The position numbers and the translations under genes are program-made. Shown here piece by piece: positions 57,450 through 64,000 of a DNA stretch of 64,000 nucleotides. The stretch is taken from NCBI GenBank assembly GCA_049515915.1, contig JBEKTP010000006.1:4865-68864 (forward strand). The letters run 5' to 3'. Origin of the DNA: Patescibacteria group bacterium (GTDB lineage Bacteria; Patescibacteriota; UBA1384; UBA12157; JAENIV01). A model generated the notes under the pieces. That model saw only the letters and a list, made by a program, of their open reading frames with translations, was not told the origin of the DNA and did not search any database. Position 1 is the first letter of the stretch. Each line of letters starts with the position of its first letter.

Positions 57450-58193
57450 ATGAAATTTCGAATTTTTAAATCAAAGAAAAAAAAGGAACGGCTTTTAGAT
57501 GTGCTGGCGGGTTTGGCCTTGGGTATTATTTTGACATTTATTTTTATTAAGTACGTTTCACCGGCGATCAAATCAAGTGAAAACAAACAAAATAATGCTA
57601 ATGGTAACGCCGCCGTTCAAACGGGGACGACGACCATCAGCGATTCGCCTTATTTGGGTGACAAGACCAAAGCGAAAGTGGCCATTGTTGAATTTAGCGA
57701 CTTCGAATGCCCTTATTGCCAAGCATTTTATCAGCAAACTTTTGACCAAATCGTCAGCCAGTATGTCAATACTAATAAAATAATTTTTGTTTATCGGGAT
57801 TTTCTTGGTGTTGGTCAGCCGGCCGCCGAAGTCGATGCCAATGCCGCCTTATGTGTGAAGAGTCTTGCTGACAATCAAACATATTTTCAAATGGCCAAGC
57901 TAATTTATCAAAATACTGGTCTTGAAGGTCAGGGAATTGCCACCGATAAAATGGTAACCCTGGCGAGCGGTCTCGGCGTCAGTAAGGATAAGTTTACACA
58001 ATGCCTAAGTTCCGACCAGTTTAAAAATACCATCCAAAAAGATACTGACGACGGCAATAAAATTGGCGTGACCGGCACGCCCAGTTTTGTCATCGGAAAG
58101 TTAAAAAGCAACGGTGAAGTTGACGGTGAATTAATCGTCGGCGCCGAGCCATTTTCTTCTTTTCAAACAACGATTGATAAATATCTCAAATAA
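57450..58193 (+). CDS. DsbA-family thioredoxin-fold protein
   Basis: EFSDFECPYC, GVTGTP, GAEP. Confidence 0.92.
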   Translation: MKFRIFKSKKKKERLLDVLAGLALGIILTFIFIKYVSPAIKSSENKQNNANGNAAVQTGTTTISDSPYLGDKTKAKVAIVEFSDFECPYCQAFYQQTFDQIVSQYVNTNKIIFVYRDFLGVGQPAAEVDANAALCVKSLADNQTYFQMAKLIYQNTGLEGQGIATDKMVTLASGLGVSKDKFTQCLSSDQFKNTIQKDTDDGNKIGVTGTPSFVIGKLKSNGEVDGELIVGAEPFSSFQTTIDKYLK

Positions 58194-58212
58194 ATTTGAA
58201 AATCGGATGATT

Positions 58213-58245
58213 TACAAAAACCGACTAATTTAGTCGGTTTTTGTA
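58213..58245. terminator. Bidirectional terminator
   Basis: TACAAAAACCGACTA-ATT-TAGTCGGTTTTTGTA between convergent genes. Confidence 0.8.
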
Positions 58246-58308
58246 GTAGACTTAATGCGATTTCTTTCAAACGCCTTTTAAGCTGGCTGAACCAGCTGAT
58301 ATCCTCAT

Positions 58309-59199
58309 TTATTGGCCACCTTTATAATTACCAGCGATTTTCCAAATGCCTCGTTCGCGAAAAGCCGGAATTGACTGACGACGAGCGGAGTTAAAAACTG
58401 CTGGCGCTTTTAAGTTATTTTTTCTGACATAATCTGAAAGATTAATAATTTCCGATCCTTCAAAATAGGTTATCCTTTTATTAAGCGATTCAATCAGAGC
58501 AAGGGCGATAACTTTTTCCATTAGTTTTAAGTTCTTGCTCAATTGATATTCTTCGAATGCCCGATAATAATCAGCTTTCTCCTTGTTCCTGATAATTATC
58601 CGAGGAAAACCAAGTCGCAAAAGCTGAAAATTAGTAATAACCCGGCCAATCCGGCCGTTACCGTCTAAGAAAGGATGGATCCACTCAAATTCGAGATGAA
58701 ATTTAGCAATTTTATCGGCAAAATAAAGCCTGTGATCGCTTGAATAATCGATCAAAATATTATCAATTAATCGCTCGACCTGTTCAGGAGCCGGAGCAAT
58801 GTGAGCACCGACTCTAACATACTCGCCGCTCTGGCGAAAACGACCAGCAATACGATCGTCGATGCCGCCGATTAGCATCTGGTGAATAAGTAAAATTAAT
58901 TCTTTCGATAGTTCTTCCGTCTGTGCCTTATTTCTTGTGTAATCAACGACTCTGGCAAGATTTTTAGCCTCGTAGACCTCGCGGAGAGAAACATCTCGGA
59001 AAAGCTCCTGCTCGAGAAGAATTTTTTCTGTTTCTTTGAGAGTTAGAGTTGAGTTTTCGATGGCGTTGGAGTTGTAAACGCTTTCCGGCACTTCGGCTTG
59101 ATCAATAATCGTCAAAAGAGCATCTTTGCCCTGTTTAAAAAGATTGTATTTTTCTTTTAGGTCTTTTAATTTATCTCGATAAGGTTTTGTTAATGCCAT
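58309..59199 (-). CDS. Fic family protein (class II, N-terminal inhibitory helix)
   Basis: HPFLDGNGRIGR catalytic motif, SNAIEN inhibitory motif. Confidence 0.93.
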   Translation of the reverse strand: MALTKPYRDKLKDLKEKYNLFKQGKDALLTIIDQAEVPESVYNSNAIENSTLTLKETEKILLEQELFRDVSLREVYEAKNLARVVDYTRNKAQTEELSKELILLIHQMLIGGIDDRIAGRFRQSGEYVRVGAHIAPAPEQVERLIDNILIDYSSDHRLYFADKIAKFHLEFEWIHPFLDGNGRIGRVITNFQLLRLGFPRIIIRNKEKADYYRAFEEYQLSKNLKLMEKVIALALIESLNKRITYFEGSEIINLSDYVRKNNLKAPAVFNSARRQSIPAFRERGIWKIAGNYKGGQ

Positions 59200-59395
59200 A
59201 CTCTAATTATAATATATTCACTAATATTTGTCAATAGTTAGTGAATAATTACCTTTTTTAATAAATATTCACGCTTTTTCTTGAAATATCTCAAGGGGAG
59301 TCGAACCCGTCTACCTTGTGAGTTAACATGGGAAAACAAAAAAGAGCCTAATTTTTAGACTATTTTTGTGCCTCCAAACCTGTTAGCATCCCTTT

Positions 59396-59470
59396 TGGTA
59401 GCCTGTAGGGGAGTTGAACCCCTCTTTCCAGCTTGAAAAGCTGATGTCCTAACCGATAGACGAACAGGCC
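59396..59470 (-). tRNA. tRNA-Glu(TTC)
   Basis: GGCCTGT/ACAGGCT acceptor, loop TTTTCAA, encoded CCA. Confidence 0.93.
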
Positions 59471-59727
59471 ATATTTATTCATATTTTGTACCAACCAAGT
59501 TGTTTTACACTACCCAAGCCAGAAACCCTGACAAATCAGGAACTCTGGCTTGAGGAACATTCGGATCTAGAACTCTTAGCCCTTTTAAGACCCTTTATCT
59601 CTTTCTAATAGTAGAATATCAGGTTTAAGAGTAAATTTCAAGCAAATTTTGAAAAATATATCGCTTTAAGCGATTTTTTACTTGACTTCTACCCTAAGAG
59701 GGGTTATAACAAAAGCGAAAAGAAAAT

Positions 59728-59832
59728 ATGCAAGCTTTAAGATTAACCTTCGCTATCACCGCCGTCATTGTTTATATTTTAGTTTTTCCTCACGTCATCA
59801 ATCGCTACAAATTTTTTATTAACCGAGAATAA
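59728..59832 (+). CDS. Possible 34-aa single-TM small protein
   Basis: MQALRLTFAITAVIVYILVFPHVINRYKFFINRE after a TTGACT-17-TATAAC promoter. Confidence 0.4.
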   Translation: MQALRLTFAITAVIVYILVFPHVINRYKFFINRE

Positions 59833-59979
59833 ACTCTGATCCAACAATTAACAGGCAATAGTGGTTAAAATTTAAGATTTTTTCTTTGTTAAATCCCACT
59901 CGCGTTAACCCGCAACCCCTTTACCCGCAGGTGGTTTTTTAGTATTATTAAATTAAAGAAAAAAATAATAGGAGGCCAA

Positions 59980-60336
59980 ATGGACGTAAAAAAATCATTG
60001 TTAGATGTTATTTCTGGCACTGGCGAAGCCGGGAAAACTGTTGTTTCGGTCAGTGGCGACATCATTAAGGAAGGTGAGGCAACTGTGGGCGATCTAATTC
60101 ATGTGACTTTTGAAATCGCTAAGGAAACTGGTAAAGATACGGTTGAACTAGTGAAAGATGTCGTTATTGGTGCAGTCAAAGCGACCACTGAAACAGCCGC
60201 CGTTGGCGAAGAAGGAACGGCCAATGTGATTGTTGAAGCCGAAAAAGCGGCAGGTGAAATTACTGAAGAAGGCGGCGAGGATGTTCGCAAAGGCATTGAC
60301 GAAGCAAAAAAGATTGTCAAAGAACCACTCAAATAG
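59980..60336 (+). CDS. Acidic helical-repeat hypothetical protein
   Basis: AGGAGG RBS; low-complexity G/E/T/V/K helices. Confidence 0.7.
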   Translation: MDVKKSLLDVISGTGEAGKTVVSVSGDIIKEGEATVGDLIHVTFEIAKETGKDTVELVKDVVIGAVKATTETAAVGEEGTANVIVEAEKAAGEITEEGGEDVRKGIDEAKKIVKEPLK

Positions 60337-60350
60337 ACCTCTTTAACAAA

Positions 60351-60377
60351 ACGGCTCCGCCGAGTGGGCAGAGCCGT
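60351..60377. terminator. GC-rich hairpin downstream of the DGR-target-like gene
   Basis: ACGGCTCCGCC-GAGTG-GGCAGAGCCGT. Confidence 0.65.
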
Positions 60378-60397
60378 CCAAGACGAGGTCGAAAGGA

Positions 60398-60967
60398 CTA
60401 CGGGCAGCGGAAGGCCCATCGACAGTTAGCGGGCCAAAAATCGCTCCAGAAATCGTCTGAAAAGGCAAAAGAGCTGCAGAGCCAGCGTTTACCAAAGACG
60501 CTGGCAAGATTGAAAACCCCGGGGTAGCCGTTGGAGTCGATGATGGGCTCCATGCCGATAAGCAGCCATTCCCCCTTGGGTTGATCGCGGTATTGAAGTC
60601 GCATCGCCGGACCGACTTCGGCGGCGCAAAGCTGCAAGCCCAACGAAAGCGCCTTTTGGTAAATCTGGATGCGGGTGGCGCCGTCGGGAAAGCCCAACTC
60701 CGCGACAGTGACGATCTTGATCTTAACGGCCGTTGGCTTCGAGGCGACTTTGACTCGCTTTAGGATATCATCGCCCCATCGGCCAATCCTGAATCCGGCA
60801 CCAATAAGCGCCTGGCGCAGAGCTTCATTCGACACGTACGTACCGAGTTTAACCGTCATAGACGGCGGCCACTCAGTGACGGCCGAATCAGATGTCGATA
60901 CGAAGGCGCAGCCAGCCAGAATAACGACTAACAACAAAACAGATAATAGCCATCCAGCCTTTCTCAT
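60398..60967 (-). CDS. Lipoprotein resembling a CPR DGR target family
   Basis: GAGGAG RBS, LAGC lipobox, LCAAEVGPAMRLQYRDQPKGEWLLIGMEPI followed by a VR-like tail ending RWAFR; GC-rich. Confidence 0.7.
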   Translation of the reverse strand: MRKAGWLLSVLLLVVILAGCAFVSTSDSAVTEWPPSMTVKLGTYVSNEALRQALIGAGFRIGRWGDDILKRVKVASKPTAVKIKIVTVAELGFPDGATRIQIYQKALSLGLQLCAAEVGPAMRLQYRDQPKGEWLLIGMEPIIDSNGYPGVFNLASVFGKRWLCSSFAFSDDFWSDFWPANCRWAFRCP

Positions 60968-61319
60968 GCGGCTTCTCCTCTTAATGCGGATGTCGCGATC
61001 GGGAAGGTCGTCCGAGGCATCTCGGATGTTCCTCCTTGCGTTTTTTTGGTCTTCGCCTGACGATGTAAATATACAGTCGAACCTTAAGGAGTAACACTCC
61101 AAAACTACCGATTCGACTATCTGATGATGATAGCACAATTTGTGCTAAAAAATCAAGTCCTGGAACAAATTTCCAAGGTTAGAAAAATAATTCGAATCCC
61201 AAGTAAGGTTATTTAAAATAGGGCTGTTTAACAACAAAAAAGACCCAAAAGTCTTTTGCATCTTTTCCTACCCCTTATACTCTTTTCTCTCCTCTTAAAA
61301 AGTTCCACTTTCTAACCTG

Positions 61320-61391
61320 AGGGCCACCAGGGACTCGAACCCTGAACCATTTCCTTAAGAGGGAAATGCTCTACCATTGAGCTAGTGGCCC
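61320..61391 (-). tRNA. tRNA-Lys(CTT)
   Basis: GGGCCAC/GTGGCCC acceptor, arm TTTCC-CTCTTAA-GGAAA. Confidence 0.95.
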
Positions 61392-62080
61392 ATATCAATT
61401 TTTTTTGAAGCTTCCTCAATCCACCCCAAAATTCTGTGCCTAAGATTTTCACTGCAAAACCTAATTTTTATTGTTCCGTTGTATAGTATGTTTTTCCTGT
61501 GGCCTGTTCCTTCTGGTTTAATATAACTTTTGCAAAAATTATTTAAAGGAATTCCAGTTAACACCGACCAGTATTTCTTCATTCTAACTTCATCTTGTCC
61601 GGAATGTACATGAAGTTGAGCTTTTAACTTAATTGGTTTGACTGAACAGAATTTCTCAAACCATTTCACCATGAATTTGATGATTTTAGGATCAGAGTTT
61701 GAAACTTCAGCATTTTTTGTTTTACTACCTTCGGCCCAATAAAGTGCAATACCCATTAATTTAAATTCTTGATTCGATATATTTCCTATTTCTTTTTTTG
61801 CCAATGTTCTAATTCTTTTTATCTCTGCTTGTCTATTCCGATGATTTGCCTCTGCGCCATAATTTTTTATTGGACGTTTGGTGCTTAAACGCATCAGTTG
61901 AGAATTAGTTAAACAAATGTCTTTACACCATAAGCTCAAGCTGCTTTTTGAAACTTTAACTTGCTCCAAAATTTCTCTGTAGCTCGAACCTTCTTTCCTC
62001 AGTTTTCGAACTAATTTTTTTTGAACAATTTTAGTTTTCAACCGAACCTCTGACTTGATGATACAGTAACAATGTGCCAT
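61382..62080 (-). CDS. HTH plus LAGLIDADG-like endonuclease protein between two tRNA genes
   Basis: LRKEGSSYREI..VSKSSLSLW HTH; GIALYWAEGSK, SNSDP; start may be TTG at 62041; stop codon lies inside tRNA-Lys. Confidence 0.7.
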   Translation of the reverse strand: MAHCYCIIKSEVRLKTKIVQKKLVRKLRKEGSSYREILEQVKVSKSSLSLWCKDICLTNSQLMRLSTKRPIKNYGAEANHRNRQAEIKRIRTLAKKEIGNISNQEFKLMGIALYWAEGSKTKNAEVSNSDPKIIKFMVKWFEKFCSVKPIKLKAQLHVHSGQDEVRMKKYWSVLTGIPLNNFCKSYIKPEGTGHRKNILYNGTIKIRFCSENLRHRILGWIEEASKKIDMGH

Positions 62081-62099
62081 GAGTCAAATTATTAAGGAT

Positions 62100-62172
62100 C
62101 GCCCCTGGAGGGAATCGAACCCCCAACCTTGACGTTAGAATCGTCCTGCTCTATCCGTTGAGCTACAGGGGC
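62100..62172 (-). tRNA. tRNA-Arg(TCT)
   Basis: GCCCCTG/CAGGGGC acceptor, loop ATTCTAA, GTTCGATT T-loop. Confidence 0.92.
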
Positions 62173-62271
62173 ATAAAATAAAAAAAGTTTACGCTACAAA
62201 AATTATAGCATATTTTACCCTTAAAAGACAGAGGCCCGCTGGCGGTTCAAATTTGTTATAATAAAAGTACT

Positions 62272-64000
62272 ATGAAAGTAAATCATTCCGCCGCTCAAAG
62301 TCAACTCGAGGCAAAAGATTTTTCTAACCAGCCAGTCGAGAAGGTTTTAAGTGACCTTAAAAGCCGAGCCAGTGGTCTGACTAGTCAAGAAGCGGCTAAA
62401 TTTTTAGCCATTTATGGCCCAAATGAAGTCAGAACCAAAGATGAAAAAAGTGCATTTTCACTGTTCCTTAGTAAGTTTTACAATCCGCTGGTAATTATGC
62501 TTTTTATTGTCGCTATTTTTTCCATCTTTTTCGGCGAAAAAGTAAGCGCCATTATTATCATTGCCATTGCGTTCTTAAGCGTCATTTTGTCATTCATTCA
62601 GGAGCACAGCGCTTCTAAAAATGCCAAAAAACTTCAGGAAATGGTTAAAGTGAGCGCTACAGTACAACGTGACGGCATAAAAAAAGAGGTAGCTTTAAGC
62701 GAAATTGTGCCAGGCGATATCGTCGAGCTTTCGGCCGGCAAACTCGTGCCCGCTGATTTAAGAATCATCCAAAGCAAAGATTTGTTTGTTAACCAGTCTT
62801 CACTGAACGGTGAGTCTTTCCCTGTTGAAAAAGATTCTGCCTCTCAAACAACAAAAACCACTTCCATTTTTGATGCTCAGAATCTTCTTTTTATGGGCTC
62901 GAGCATCGCGTCGGGCAGCGGTCAAGGGGTGGCCATAATTACTGGCCGCCAAACGGAATTTGGCAAAATAACTGGCGAACTAACCGCCGCCAAAACCGAA
63001 ACGGCTTTTGACCAAGGCATTAAAAAATTAACGTGGCTTTTAATCCGATTTATTGTTGTTTTAGCCCTTTTCATTTTTTTGGTCAACGCCCTCTTTAAGG
63101 GCAATTTCGTGGAATCCTTACTTTTTGCCTTGGCTATCGCGGTCGGACTAACACCCGAAATGCTCCCTATGATTGTGACGGTTAATCTGTCCAAAGGGGC
63201 TATTAATATGGCTAAGAAAAAAGTGATCATCAAAGAGCTTGATTCCATTCAAAACTTCGGGGCAATGGACGTGCTTTGCACCGACAAAACCGGCACGTTG
63301 ACTCTTAACGACATCACTTTAGTTGAATATACCGATTTTGCCGGTCATAAAGATGATGAAATTTTAAGACTCGCCTTTATTAACAGCAACTTTCAAACCG
63401 GGCTGACCAATCTTTTAGAGCAAGCAATTTTTGATTATAAAAAATTCGATCTAAAAAATATTCGAAAAATCGATGAAGTGCCCTTCGATTTTTCGCGGCG
63501 GATCTTATCGGTGGTGATTGACGATCAAGGCAAAGATAAGCTCATTGCCAAAGGGGCCCCGGAAGAAATTTTAGCGAGATCGAATTTTTATTACCTCGGT
63601 GGACAGATTCTAAAATTGGAAGAAGCTCAAATCGAAAAGCTAAACCAAGAGTATGATAATTTTAGCCGCGAAGGCTTCCGCGTTTTAGCAGTGGCTTACC
63701 AAGAAGTGGAGAAAAAACCAAGTTATTCTCAAAAAGACGAGGCCAATTTGATTTTTGTGGGGTTTATTTCTTTCCTAGATCCGCCGAAGCCGGACGCCGC
63801 TCAAGCGATTAAAAATCTTGAATCGCTGGGTATTACATTGAAAGTTCTTTCCGGTGACAACGAGTTGGTAACCGAAAAAATTTGTCGTGAAGTTGGCCTT
63901 AACACCGAAGGCATTCTGACCGGCACCGATTTAGAAAAATTAAACGATGACGAAGTTAAGCACAAAGTTGAAACGGTCAATGTTTTTGTGCGGCTAGATC
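62272..64000 (+). CDS. mgtA: Magnesium-translocating P-type ATPase, truncated by the window edge
   Basis: Open frame from ATG 62272: YGPNE, VPADLR, LNGES, AVGLTPEMLP, QNFGAMDVLCTDKTGT, PFDF, KGAPEE, DPPK, SGDN. Confidence 0.92.
   Translation, partial: MKVNHSAAQSQLEAKDFSNQPVEKVLSDLKSRASGLTSQEAAKFLAIYGPNEVRTKDEKSAFSLFLSKFYNPLVIMLFIVAIFSIFFGEKVSAIIIIAIAFLSVILSFIQEHSASKNAKKLQEMVKVSATVQRDGIKKEVALSEIVPGDIVELSAGKLVPADLRIIQSKDLFVNQSSLNGESFPVEKDSASQTTKTTSIFDAQNLLFMGSSIASGSGQGVAIITGRQTEFGKITGELTAAKTETAFDQGIKKLTWLLIRFIVVLALFIFLVNALFKGNFVESLLFALAIAVGLTPEMLPMIVTVNLSKGAINMAKKKVIIKELDSIQNFGAMDVLCTDKTGTLTLNDITLVEYTDFAGHKDDEILRLAFINSNFQTGLTNLLEQAIFDYKKFDLKNIRKIDEVPFDFSRRILSVVIDDQGKDKLIAKGAPEEILARSNFYYLGGQILKLEEAQIEKLNQEYDNFSREGFRVLAVAYQEVEKKPSYSQKDEANLIFVGFISFLDPPKPDAAQAIKNLESLGITLKVLSGDNELVTEKICREVGLNTEGILTGTDLEKLNDDEVKHKVETVNVFVRLD

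Noticed and set aside
59682-59710. MerR- or CsoR-type operator (TACCCTAAGAGGGGTTA)
   Set aside because: Spacer is 17 bp rather than 19, the palindrome is imperfect and no metal-resistance gene is adjacent.
60338-60350. boxA-like CTCTTTAACAA
   Set aside because: Lies after a stop codon and next to a hairpin, not in a leader; probably chance.
1-64000. CRISPR array, rRNA, transposase or integrase
   Set aside because: No regularly spaced repeats, rRNA-like sequence or recombinase motifs were seen. The Cas4-like nuclease has no cas neighbours.

Overview
An AT-rich bacterial chromosome segment that reads in the standard code. Its gene content (no rimM between khpA and trmD, a ThrRS without its editing domain, isolated purC and pyrD) points to a Patescibacteria/CPR genome; this taxonomy is an inference. 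The backbone carries translation, tRNA-modification and thymidylate genes, seven tRNAs, tmRNA with smpB, rny, HU and the 5' part of mgtA. The most striking accessory feature is a diversity-generating retroelement (DGR) at 52980-55363. Its reverse transcriptase is out of frame at a (GA)9 microsatellite, and gaining one repeat unit would restore a 353-aa enzyme, so it is a candidate phase-variable ON/OFF switch for hypermutation. Its avd gene is inverted, and I could find no template repeat (TR); the variable region (VR) appears fused to TR-like 3' sequence. A second, unrelated DGR-target-like lipoprotein gene lies at 60398-60967. Other notable features are a LAGLIDADG intein inside the CxxxCxxC motif of a radical SAM enzyme, a methylase/nuclease island, a five-gene surface-fibre-like cluster with a 1605-aa adhesin, a structured RNA leader upstream of a CHAP hydrolase, an HTH-Hsp20 fusion with an internal start, a LAGLIDADG-like ORF between two tRNAs, and several GC-rich single genes ending in perfect palindromes. 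All calls come from reading motifs by eye; no database searches were run.
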